DNA of 64,000 nt from NCBI GenBank assembly GCA_963844035.1, contig CAWJMT010000036.1, positions 1-64,000 on the forward strand. The letters are read 5' to 3'. The DNA comes from an uncultured Gemmatimonadales bacterium (lineage in GTDB: Bacteria; Gemmatimonadota; Gemmatimonadetes; Gemmatimonadales; GWC2-71-9). A program made the position numbers and the translations under genes. The notes below the pieces were generated by a model, which saw nothing but the letters and a program-made list of their open reading frames with translations, was not told the DNA's origin and did no database searches. How positions within the stretch are numbered: position 1 is the stretch's first letter; each line of letters begins with the position of its first letter. This document shows, one piece after another, positions 23,252 through 33,409 of this stretch.

Positions 23252-24846
23252 GCCGGATGACTCGACGCGCCCGCTGGGCGGGACTGCTCGCATGCCTGGC
23301 AACGCTCGCCGCGCCGGCGGCCGCTCAGGACTCGGCCGCGGCGAAGACCGCGCGCATTACGTACCTCACGGGCGCCTCGGCGTACATCGACGCCGGAAGG
23401 TTGGACGGTCTGCGTGAGGGAGCGCGTGTGGAGGTCGTGCGTGGCGGTGAGGCCATCGCTGTGCTTAAGGTCGCATTCCTCGCGTCGCATCAAGCGTCGT
23501 GCGACATCGTCACTATGTCTGCCCCGCTGACGGTGGGCGACTCGGCGCGATTCCTGCCCGTGGTCACTCCGCCGGACTCAGCGCTCGCCGGGAAGCGCCC
23601 CCGCCCGGCGCCGCTCGTCGCCCGTCGCCCCGCCGTGCCGGTGCTGCGCGGTCGCATCGGCGCTGAGTATCTCGCGGTGGACCAGCTGGGCCTTGCCGCG
23701 GGCGGCTTCTCGCAGCCATCCCTCACGATGCGTCTCGACGGGCATCCGTTCGGCGCGCCCGCGGTCGCAGTAGCCCTGGACATGCGCGCCCGGCGCACTT
23801 ACGCGAACCTTGCGGACGGGACCGCGCTCACGGATGGACGCAACCGCGTGTATCAGGCCGCGCTCATGCTGGGAGCACCGGACCAGCCGCTCCGGGTCAC
23901 TGCCGGCCGGCAGATCTCCGCCAGCCTCGCCTCAGTGGGCATGTTCGACGGCGTGCTCCTGGAGTACAACGACAAGCAGTGGGGCGCCGGATCGTTCGCC
24001 GGCACGCAGCCGGACCCCGTCGAACTCGCCTTCTCGACCAGGATCGTCCAAGCGGGTGCCTACGTGCAGAGCCACAGCCGCGCGAGCGCTGCGTCGCACT
24101 GGGCGCTCACGCTCGGCGCCAGCGGCTCGTATGACAGCGGCCAGGCGAACCGCGAGTTCGGTTACGTGCAGGCGTCGTTTCTTAGCCCAAGGCTTTGGAC
24201 GTTCTTCGCGCAGGAGATCGATTACTATCGGCCCTGGAAGCTCATGACCGGCATGAGCTCGATCTCTCCTACCAGCACCTTCGCGGTGCTGCGATACCAA
24301 GTCACGAGGGCCGTCACGCTGGACGCGGGCTACGACAACCGCCGTAACGTCCTGCTGTATCGCGACGTCGCGAATCCGGCGACGGCGTTCGACGACACCT
24401 ATCGCCAGGGAGCATGGGCGGGGTGCTCCTTCCTATTCGGCCGGCGCTACTTGCTGGGTGTCGATGCTCGCTCGAGCAGGGGCGGCCCGGCAGGGCAGGC
24501 CGACGCCTATACGATGTCGTTCAGCACCAGCCAGATTCCCGCGATCAGGGCGAGCTTCCGGTCCCGCACCACGTGGTACTCGGGCCCCCAACTGACGGGG
24601 TGGCTGCAATCCGTCGCACTGGGCTTCGCCCCGAGCGGGCGACTGCACTTCGAGCTGAACGGCGGCGGGCGCCAGGAGCGGAACGTGCTGGTGGATCCCC
24701 CTGCCAACGCCTGGGTCACGTGGGTGGGCGGCGACATGGACCTGAGCATGGCGCGCTCCTGGTTCCTCATCGTCTCGGCGAACCACGAGAGCGGCACCCT
24801 CGACGGTAACAACCAGATCTATAGTGGCCTGAGCTATCGGTTCTGA
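23248..24846 (+). CDS. Outer-membrane beta-barrel protein, paralog of 19298-21837 with one N-terminal domain
   Basis: Signal peptide ..APAAAQ; ITYLTGASAYIDAG..HQASC; shared AGRQ, VGMFDG, ANREFG, QEIDYY, YDNRR, FDDxYRQG; ends YSGLSYRF. Confidence 0.87.
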   Translation: MSRMTRRARWAGLLACLATLAAPAAAQDSAAAKTARITYLTGASAYIDAGRLDGLREGARVEVVRGGEAIAVLKVAFLASHQASCDIVTMSAPLTVGDSARFLPVVTPPDSALAGKRPRPAPLVARRPAVPVLRGRIGAEYLAVDQLGLAAGGFSQPSLTMRLDGHPFGAPAVAVALDMRARRTYANLADGTALTDGRNRVYQAALMLGAPDQPLRVTAGRQISASLASVGMFDGVLLEYNDKQWGAGSFAGTQPDPVELAFSTRIVQAGAYVQSHSRASAASHWALTLGASGSYDSGQANREFGYVQASFLSPRLWTFFAQEIDYYRPWKLMTGMSSISPTSTFAVLRYQVTRAVTLDAGYDNRRNVLLYRDVANPATAFDDTYRQGAWAGCSFLFGRRYLLGVDARSSRGGPAGQADAYTMSFSTSQIPAIRASFRSRTTWYSGPQLTGWLQSVALGFAPSGRLHFELNGGGRQERNVLVDPPANAWVTWVGGDMDLSMARSWFLIVSANHESGTLDGNNQIYSGLSYRF

Positions 24847-24853
24847 GCGGACC

Positions 24854-25380
24854 CTACTTCAGGTAGCGCTCCCGCAGGATCCCCAGATGGTGCCGCTCGT
24901 GCCCGGCAATGATGTAGGCGAGGGCGCGCACTGAAACATCCTGGTTGTTGGCGAGGCCCCGCCGCGCGAATGCCTCCGGCTCGAACCCGCTGAACAGCGC
25001 GATCGTGGCGTGACGCACCACGTCGAGCTCGGCGGCGAGATCGGGCAGTGGGCGGGCGTCGAATTTCCCCGCTGGAGCGTAGACCTGTTCGTCGAATCCG
25101 GGCAGGGGCGTCTGATCGCCGCGAGCGAACCGCAAGGCCCGGTAGCAGAACACTCGCTCGCCGTCCATGATGTGCCCGACCACCTCTTTGATACTCCACT
25201 TGCCAGGCGCATACCGGTACAGTCCTCTCCCTTCCGCAATGCCGGCGAGCAAAGCCTGGGTCTCGTGTCGCTGGTCTTCGAGCGATGTCGATGAGGTTCC
25301 CGGTCGGGGACCTTCGACACATACCGCTCGTAGTTCGGAGCGTACTCGGAGCGTCGGGGCGGGGTATGGTGGGTCATCAT
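24854..25380 (-). CDS. DinB family protein; two apparent frameshifts near 25285-25310
   Basis: SEYAPNYERYV, YAPGKWSIKEVVGH, IAGHERHH. Confidence 0.85.
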
Positions 25381-25757
25381 GCGCGACTCCTTTCGATCCA
25401 GGCGGCCCACGTGTCCGGAGCGAGTCCGATGGTGAGCTCGCGCTGATGGCGCGTCAACGGCACGCGCAGCAGCAACGGCTCGAGACTGAGCTGTTCGAGC
25501 CAGCGCTCGTCCGACAACCGGGCGGACGCGAGGCCAAGCGCGGCGAACCGTTTCGACTCGCGGTCGATCAGCGCCGCCACCCCGAACTTCTGCGCGAACC
25601 GCTTCAGCTCGCCGAGCGACGCGGCGCGCTCGTTCAAGTCCACAAAGTGCGTCTTGATCCGCCGCTCGGCAAAATACCGCAGAGCGGCCCGTGTGTCGGC
25701 GCTCTTGCGGACGCCGAACACCTGGATCTCAAGAGGCGGCTTGGCGGGTGGCTCCAT
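25377..25757 (-). CDS. ArsC/Spx/YffB family protein (start could lie further upstream)
   Basis: IQVFGVRKSADTRAALRYFAER..EPLLLRVP..TIG. Confidence 0.75.
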   Translation of the reverse strand: MEPPAKPPLEIQVFGVRKSADTRAALRYFAERRIKTHFVDLNERAASLGELKRFAQKFGVAALIDRESKRFAALGLASARLSDERWLEQLSLEPLLLRVPLTRHQRELTIGLAPDTWAAWIERSRA

Positions 25758-25881
25758 TGTGCAGGTCCCGGTCGTGGTGTCGCAGTCCACAATGTACAGG
25801 GTCTGCCTACTTGACCTCCGCCCGCGCGGGTAGCAGAATCGCCCCCGTCCAGTTCGGCCGGTCACATCTCGTGGAGGCGCA

Positions 25882-26361
25882 ATGGGCAACCTGTTCAAGC
25901 GCGGGGGCCTCGCGATTCTGGGGCTGGTCGCGGTGCTGGCCTACTGGTCACTTCGCGGCGATAGCTCATCGAAGGCTTCAGAAGGGATTCCGTCCCAGGT
26001 GTGGGGAGGGGGCGCCGCGACCCTCGCGATTGACGTCGAGACCACGGCGCCCGCCCGCTTCAGCGTCACGTTCGCCGAGCGGGACAAGCAGGACGGCCGG
26101 ATGCTCGAGACCTGGACGAAGGTGGCAGCGGGCTCCCACTCCTGGACCATTGATGTGCCCTCACGCGTCGGCGGCTACATCGAGCTGGGCGCCGAGCACC
26201 CCAACGTCGGCGACCGCCTGCGCTTCGGTATCCGCGTCAACGACCGGGTCGTCTCCGAGCAATCCGACACTCTCCGCGAGGCTCTGCAGCCCGGGTACGC
26301 CTTCTTCGTCCAGGCGCATTTCGAGGATTACTCCACCGCCGACGTGGGCGACGACGACTGA
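25882..26361 (+). CDS. Exported or membrane-anchored hypothetical protein
   Basis: SD GGAGG, N-terminal hydrophobic helix, beta-rich body. Confidence 0.7.
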   Translation: MGNLFKRGGLAILGLVAVLAYWSLRGDSSSKASEGIPSQVWGGGAATLAIDVETTAPARFSVTFAERDKQDGRMLETWTKVAAGSHSWTIDVPSRVGGYIELGAEHPNVGDRLRFGIRVNDRVVSEQSDTLREALQPGYAFFVQAHFEDYSTADVGDDD

Positions 26362-26421
26362 GTCGGCGGAGCTGCTGCTGATCGGGCCGGACCAGCGCCG
26401 CCCGGTTTAGATTGTAGCCCC

Positions 26422-27638
26422 ATGCCATCCTCCAGCAGGCGCTTCGGCGTCCTTTTTCTGACGGTGCTGATCGATCTGATCGGCTTCGGCATCGTCATCC
26501 CGATCATGCCGGGCTACGCCGTGCAATTCGGCGCGCACGGCTTCGAGTTCGGCGCGCTGCTCGGCGTGTACTCGCTGATGCAGTTCGTCGCCAACTCGAT
26601 TCTTGGGCGCTGGTCGGACCGCGTGGGACGGCGCCCGATCCTCCTCGCCACGATGCTCCTCAATGCGGTCGGGTACATCTTGTTCGCGTTCGCGGGCAGC
26701 TATTGGATGCTGCTTGCCTCCCGCGTGATCGGCGGCTTTGCGGGCGGGAACCTGGGTGTCGCCCAGGCGTACGTGGCGGACATTTCCAGCCCGGCCGAGC
26801 GGTCACGGGGCATGGGGATGCTGGGCGCGGCGTTCGGGATCGGGTTCGTGCTGGGTCCCGCGATCGGCGGCCTCGCGGGCCACTATCTCGGACGCGCCGC
26901 CCCGGGGCTCGTGGCCACTGCGCTCTCGCTCGTGAACTTCGTCTCCGCGTGGTTCATCCTCAAGGAATCGCTGCGGCCCGAGCACCGCGCCACCGAGCGG
27001 GGGTTCGGATTCGCGGCGATCGCGCGCGGCTTGGCCGACCGGCGGCTGCGCCCGCTGATGCTGGTGTGGGCCATCTTCCCGTTCGCGTTCTCCGGCTACA
27101 CCACGGCGCTGCCGCTCCACGCACTGCCGTGTTCGGCTGGGGCGTGCGCGAGCTCGGCTGGTTCTTCACGGTGTTCGGGATCACCGGCGCGTTGGTGCAG
27201 GGCTACCTGTTCGGCAAGGTGGCGCGCCGCTTTGGCGAGCGGACCCTCGTGATCATCGGAACTGCGGGCGTAGCACTCGCGATCGGCATCGTCCCGTTCG
27301 CCCACAGCTCCCTCGCCCTCTATGGATGGACCGTGGTGCTCGCGTGTGCGCAGGGGCTCGTGTCCCCCGCGGCGAGCGGTCTCGTGTCGGTGTACGCGTC
27401 GCCGAGCGAGCAAGGGGCCACGCTGGGCGCGGCTCAGGCGCTCGGGGCGCTGGGCCGGATGGTGGGCCCGGAAGCCATCGGCTGGACGTACGACGACTAC
27501 GGCGCAACGGCGGCGTTTCTGGCCGCCGCTGCGGTGATGGCGCTCGCGTGGGTCGCTACCTGGGGGTTGGAGCGTACGGGAACCGGCCGAAGGGGTGCGC
27601 CGGTCGAGGCGCCGACCGCGAGCAGCGCCGGCCCGTGA
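26422..27638 (+). CDS. MFS transporter (TetA/DHA1-like); frameshift near 27125
   Basis: DLIGFGIVIP, GRWSDRVGRRP (motif A), GFVLGPAIGG (motif C). Confidence 0.9.
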
Positions 27639-27702
27639 GCCTAGCCGACCCCCGTTTTTCCCGCTCTATTTTCTGCCTCCCCAGCAGGAGTGGGTTGCGC
27701 CT

Positions 27703-29803
27703 ATGCGCGTGTACAAGACCGCCGAGATCCGCAACGTGGCGGTGGCGGGCCACGGGGCAAGCGGCAAGACGTCCCTCGTCGACGCTCTCGCGTTCGTCGC
27801 CGGGACAAGTAAACGCCACGGAGCGGTAAAGGACGGCACCGCCCTCACCGACTACACCGCCGACGAAATCGAACGCAAGTACTCGATCAACCTCGCCCTC
27901 GGCGTCGCCGAGTGGATGGAAACCAAAATCAACCTGATCGACACACCGGGCTACCTCGACTTTACGGGGGATGCCCTGGCGGGCATTCACGCCGCCGACG
28001 GCGCCGCGATCGTGGTCTCGGCCACGGGCGGGGTCGAGGTGGGGACCGAGAAGGCGTGGGACTACTGCGATGCCCGCGGGCTCCCCCGGATCTTCTTCGT
28101 GTCCCTGATGGACAAGGAGCACGCCGACTTCGAGCGCGTCTACAACCAGGTCAAGGACCGCCTCACGCCGAAGGTAATTCCGGTGGAGATCCCGGTCGGT
28201 GAGGGGCCGGCATTTCACGGCATCATCAACCTCTTCTCCCGGAAGTGCCATCTGTACAAGAAGGGCACGAAACTGGGGGAGTACGACGAGGTGGAGGTCC
28301 CGGCCGAGTACGCGGAACGCTTCGAGCGGTACTCAAAGGAGCTGATGGAGCGGATCGCCGAGACCGACGACACGCTGCTCGAGCGGTACCTCGCCGGCGA
28401 GGAGATCAAGCGCGACGAGGCGATCAATGCCATGCGGGCAGGCATGGCCCGCGGGGAGATCTATCCGCTGTTCTGCGGCGCCTCGGAGCTGACCTACGGG
28501 ATGCGCGCCCTGCTCTCGAAGATCGTCGAGCTGCTCCCGGCGCCCAACGAGCGCCCGCCGGTCGAGGCCCAGAAGTGGGGCAGCGCGGAGAAGGTGACCG
28601 TCAAGGCGGACGACGCCGCGCCGTTCGCGGCCCAGGTCTTCAAGACGATTTCGGAGCCCCACGTTGGCGATGTGAGCTATTTCCGTGTGTTCTCGGGCAC
28701 AGTAAAGAACGGGCAGGATGTGTACAATGCCCCGCGCTCGGCGGTCGAGAAGCTGAACCACCTGTGCGTCGCGCTCGGCAAGGACCGCTTCGAGACGCCC
28801 GAGCTGCACGCGGGAGACATCGGCGTGGTGGCCAAACTCCGCGACACGCACACCAACGACACGCTCTCAACGCGCGAAATGCCGATCGTGCTGAAGAAGA
28901 TTCCGTTCCCCGACCCGGTGATCACCGAAGCGATCGAGGTGAAACAGCGGGGCGAGGAGGAAAAGCTGTCGACGGGCCTGCACAAGCTGCACGAAGAGGA
29001 TCCGACGTTCCAGCACGAGTACAACGGCGAGCTGGGCCAGACCCTGATCCGCGGGCTGGGGGAGCGCCACCTGGAGATCATCGTCGGGCGGCTGGCGCGG
29101 AAATTCGGCGTGCACGCCCAGATCACCAAGCCGAAGATTGCCTATCGCGAGACGTTCAAGGGAAAGGCCGAGGGCCAGGGCAAGCACAAGAAACAGACCG
29201 GCGGCCGCGGCCAGTACGGGGACTGCTGGATCCGCATTGCGGCGCTCCCGCGCGGCTCCGGGAATCCAGTTCGTGGATGAGATCGTGGGCGGGGTGATTC
29301 CGCGGCAGTACATCCCGGCCGTCGAGCGCGGGGTGCAGGAGGCGGCCGCCCGCGGCCCGATCGCGGGGTATCCCGTGGTCGATTTCAAGGTGGAGCTGTA
29401 CGACGGCTCATATCACGACGTGGATTCGAACGAGATGTCGTTCAAGATGGCCGGCATCCTCGCGTTCCGGAACGTCAGTCCCGGCGCGCGACCGACGCTG
29501 CTCGAGCCGATCCTCGAGATCGAGGTGTGGACCCCCGACGACTACCTGGGCGCCGTCATGGGCGACCTCTCGTCGCGGCGGGGCCACATCCTTGGCACCG
29601 ATCCCGACGGGCGGCATGTGAAGGTCAAGGCGCACGTTCCGGAGGCGGAGCTCGACCGCTACGCCACCACGCTGCACTCGCTGACCCACGGGCGGGGCAC
29701 GTACCGGCAGAAATTCCACATGTACCAGGAGGTGCCGCCGGAGGCCGCCCACAAGGTCGCCGAGATGCGGAAGAAGGAACTGGAGGAGGCGAAGGCGTCG
29801 TAA
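27703..29803 (+). CDS. fusA: Elongation factor G paralog (EF-G2-like); frameshift near 29265
   Basis: GHGASGKT, DTPGYLDF, KKQTGGRGQYG, GSYHDVDS, LLEPI. Confidence 0.92.
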
Positions 29804-29806
29804 CTG

Positions 29807-30752
29807 ATGCGTCTATCCCGAAGCGGTCTCGCCTTGTTGTGCGTCATCGGCTGTCGATCGGGTCCCGAGCGGGTGCCGCGGCGTTGGGACACGTCGCAAA
29901 CGACCTTTCGCATCACCGCGCCTGGCGTCGTGGCCGTGGCGAATCCCCGGGTGTGGCCGGAAGGGATCGCAAGCGACTACGTGCGCGCGTTCCTCGACGA
30001 ATTCGACGTTGCCGCAGACAGCCTGGAGCGCATGGGCTATCAAGTGGGGGTCAGCTTCCGCGACAGCCTCCACGTCGTGCAGGGGTCCGACACCTTCGAT
30101 CTGCGGCCATGGAACGCGGGAGAGTACTCCGGCTATTACTTCCTCACGCCGGGTCATGCGCCGCGCTTCGTGGCTGGGAAACGGCGCGGCGCGGCGCTGG
30201 TGCACGCGGTGCGGGCATGGGAGGGCATGCGAGACGCGGTTGACGCAAGCGCGCGAAACGGCCGCGGCCCCACAGTCAGCGTCGGCGCGTCCCTGTCCAC
30301 GATCCGGAACCTCGTGCCAGTGCTTTTGCCACTCGATTCCTTCCCTGTTCTCCCGGCCGCAGCCCGCCGTGTATTCGAGCAGAGGGGCTGTCGCGTTCCG
30401 CAGTCCGCGGAGGGGGGGCAGCCGAACAACGTGATACAGGGCCACTTCACCAACAAGGACCAAACGGATTGGGCAGTGTTATGCGCCACGGGCGAGACGA
30501 TGAATGTTGTCGTCGCGTGGGGCGGACCCTCCGGCTGCTCCGACACGCTTGACCTGAGGTCACGGCCGGTGTCGGCTCAGGTCGCCATATGGCCGTTGGA
30601 TTCGGCGGGTGTCGAAAGGATTCATGCGCTCGGCGGAGGGCAGCAGCGCGGTTCCGGATCACGACGCGATCGAGGTCGGCACGGAGGCGATGGTCGAGGC
30701 CCAGTACTGTCACCAGGGCGAATGGTCGGGGTTCCTGGAGACTCCGGACTAG
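29807..30752 (+). CDS. Hypothetical lipoprotein; probable frameshift near 30620-30650
   Basis: Lipobox-like VIGC; the shifted frame continues DHDAIEVG..YCHQGEW..* to TAG 30750-30752. Confidence 0.55.
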
Positions 30753-30762
30753 GGAGACCTGC

Positions 30763-31768
30763 TCACCGCGCCCCCTCGGTCACGAGCAGCACGGCGGCGC
30801 CGCGGACACGGCCCGAGCGCAGTGCGTCGAGCGCCAGGTTCGCCTGCTCGAGCGGATACGGCTCGACGCGCGTGCGGACCGGGATCGAGGCCGCGAGCGC
30901 CAGGAATTCCTCGCCGTCTTTCCGGGTGAGGTTCGCGACCGAGCGGACCACCCGTTCGCCCCACAATAACTCGTAGGGAAACGCCGGGATGTCGCTCATG
31001 TGAATGCCGGCGCACACCACCGTCCCGCCCTTCACGACGGCGCGCAGCGCGACCGGGACAAGCGCCCCGACGGGCGCGAACAGGATGCCCGCGTCGAGGG
31101 GCTCGGGAGGGGGTGTGTCCGATCCCCCTGCCCACGCAGCACCGAGCTCGAGGGCGAGTTGCTGGGCGATGGTGTCACCGGGCCGGGTGAACGCGAACAC
31201 CCGGCGACCCTGGTGCCTCGCCAGCTGCGCCACGATGTGCGCCGCCGCGCCGAAGCCGTACAGACCGAGCCGCTCAGCGTCGCCGGCGGCCACCAGGGCC
31301 CGGTACCCGATCAGCCCGGCGCACAACAGCGGTGCGGCCTCCATATCGCTGTATTGGGGCGGGAGCGCGATGGCGTAGCGGGCGTCCACGAGGGTGAAGT
31401 CGGCGTAGCCGCCGTCGATCTGGTAACCGGTGAAGCGCGCCCGGTCGCACAGATTCTCACGTCCCGCGCCGGCAATAACGGCACTCACCGCAAGTCCAGC
31501 CCAGCCACGGAACCCCCGCACGATCGCCGACCCTGAAGGCCGCGGCCGCGACGCCCGCTCCTACAGCGGCGACGGTGCCGACGATCTCGTGCCCGAGGAC
31601 CAGAGGAAGTTTCGGGTGCGGCAATTCGCCGTCGGCGACGTGGAGGTCGGTGCGACAGACGCCGCACGCGTGGACGGCGAGGAGCAGCTGGCCGGGCCCC
31701 GGCGTAGGACGCTCGACGTCGGCCGCGCGCAGCGGGCGCCTGGGAGCGTCGAGGAGCATGGCGCGCAT
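30763..31768 (-). CDS. Zinc-dependent alcohol dehydrogenase family protein; frameshift near 31470
   Basis: CGVCRTDLH, GHE, CGECRYC..ENLC, APLLCAG, GFGAAAH. Confidence 0.92.
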
Positions 31769-31782
31769 GGGGATAAACATAC

Positions 31783-31810
31783 GTAGGGGCACGACATGTC
31801 GTGCCCCTAC
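31783..31810. repeat. Perfect 28-bp palindrome, REP-like
   Basis: GTAGGGGCACGACA|TGTCGTGCCCCTAC in the intergenic gap. Confidence 0.85.
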
Positions 31811-31836
31811 TCGTGTGCGCCGGATTGCTCTCGTCG

Positions 31837-32937
31837 TTACCCGACGAGCACCGGCTCGAGCATCGGCCGCTTCGCCCGGTCCTTCTTCGGCTGCTTGTAC
31901 CGGTAGATCTGCCCGGTGTAGTTCCGCAGCACGACCTCGCGGTCGGTGATCTTCACGACGTACTCGGGGAGCAGGGGGATCTTGCCGCCGCCCCCCGGGG
32001 CGTCGATCACGAAATGGGGCACGGCGAGTCCTGAGGTCCAGCCCCGCAACGCCTGAATGATTTCCAGGCCCTTCTCGATCGTCGTCCGGAAGTGCTCCGC
32101 ACCCGCCACCTGGTCGCACATGTAGATGTAGTACGGCCGCACCCGCGCGGCGAGCAGCTTCTGCATCAGCAGCTTCATCACGTCCGGATCGTCGTTCACG
32201 CCCTTGAGCAGCACCGTCTGGCAGCCGAGCGGGATGCCGGCGTCGGCGAGCATGCCGAGGGCCTTCACGGCGGCCGGGGTCAGCTCGTCGGGGTGGTTGA
32301 AGTGCGTGTTGATGTACAGCGGGTGGTAGCGCTTCAGGATCGCGCACAACTCCGGGGTGATCCGCTCCGGGAGGTGGCAGGGGATGCGGCTCCCGATTCG
32401 CAGCACTTCGAGGTGCTTGATCGATCGGAGCCGCTTGCAAATCTCATCGATCCGGCGGTCGGACAAGAGCAACGGGTCGCCACCCGACATGATCACGTCG
32501 CGGATCTCGGTGTGCTCCTCGAGATACTGGAAGGCGGACTCGAGCTGCGCCAAGGGAATCTTCGAGGGGTCGCCGACTTTGCGCCGCCGCGTGCAGAAGC
32601 GGCAGTACGTGGCACACACCGGCGAGACCAGGAAGAGCGCGCGATCGGGATAGCGGTGCGTGATGTTCGGGACCGGCGAATGCTCGTCTTCGGCGAGCGA
32701 GTCGACGATGCCGTCGTGCACCTCGAGCTCCTGGAGATCGGGCACATACTGCCGCCAGATCGGATCGCCGGGCGCCTTGATGAGGTCCACCATCGCGGGT
32801 GAGATCCGGAACTCGAAGTTCTCGGCGGCCTGCCGCAACCGTTCCAGGTCCGGGAAATTCCCGGCGCCGAAACGGTCCGCGAGCGCATCGAGAGATGCGA
32901 GGCTCTTCTTACGTAGCAGGTCCTGCCACTGCTCCAT
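31837..32937 (-). CDS. KamA-family radical SAM protein (lysine 2,3-aminomutase-like)
   Basis: THRYPDR, CATYCRFCTRRR, SGGDPL, HFNHP, QTVLLKGVND, PYY, DAPGGGGKIP (PLP Lys). Confidence 0.93.
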   Translation of the reverse strand: MEQWQDLLRKKSLASLDALADRFGAGNFPDLERLRQAAENFEFRISPAMVDLIKAPGDPIWRQYVPDLQELEVHDGIVDSLAEDEHSPVPNITHRYPDRALFLVSPVCATYCRFCTRRRKVGDPSKIPLAQLESAFQYLEEHTEIRDVIMSGGDPLLLSDRRIDEICKRLRSIKHLEVLRIGSRIPCHLPERITPELCAILKRYHPLYINTHFNHPDELTPAAVKALGMLADAGIPLGCQTVLLKGVNDDPDVMKLLMQKLLAARVRPYYIYMCDQVAGAEHFRTTIEKGLEIIQALRGWTSGLAVPHFVIDAPGGGGKIPLLPEYVVKITDREVVLRNYTGQIYRYKQPKKDRAKRPMLEPVLVG

Positions 32938-33409
32938 GCGTCAGATCCTTGAGATAGATGACCAGGTCATCGCCCAGGGCGTAGTACGCCTCGATCCTGG
33001 CGGTCCTGGCATACCCGCGCCGCTCGTAAAACGCGCGCGTCGGGGCGTAGTCCTCTCGCGACGACGTTTCCACCACGATCAACCGGCACCCTGCGCCGCG
33101 CAGCCGCTGCTCCACTGCGTTCAGCAGCTCGGTACCGATGCCTCGCCGCTGCCGTGCCGGGTCCACGACGATCCAGTAGAGATCGCAGGTCCCCGTGGTC
33201 CCGGGCGTCTCCCCCCAGCACGCGTAACCCAGGAGGTCGTCGCCGTCATATGCGCCGAGGAACTGGTAGTCCTCGTCCCCGGCGAGACTCTCGTCCAGCA
33301 ACTCCAGCGCGGTGGCCACCTCCTCCGGCCGGAACCGGCCGGTGGCCGCCGTCAGCTGCTCAAGTCGTGCGCGCTGCGCGCGACCGACGGGCCGGAGCGA
33401 GCAGCTCAC
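32909..33409 (-). CDS. GNAT N-acetyltransferase
   Basis: DLYWIVVDPARQRRGIGT, VETSS, TRAFYERRGY. Confidence 0.9.
   Translation of the reverse strand: MSCSLRPVGRAQRARLEQLTAATGRFRPEEVATALELLDESLAGDEDYQFLGAYDGDDLLGYACWGETPGTTGTCDLYWIVVDPARQRRGIGTELLNAVEQRLRGAGCRLIVVETSSREDYAPTRAFYERRGYARTARIEAYYALGDDLVIYLKDLTHGAVAGPAT

Noticed and set aside
17405..24846. Assignment as mtrA/mtrB or mtoA/mtoB
   Set aside because: The heme counts (16-24) are not decaheme, and the barrel regions (about 400 aa) are shorter and lack recognisable MtrB features.
31837..32937. EpmB (EF-P beta-lysylation)
   Set aside because: No efp or epmA is adjacent, and the context points to the ATP-grasp operon. Not fully excluded without a phylogeny.
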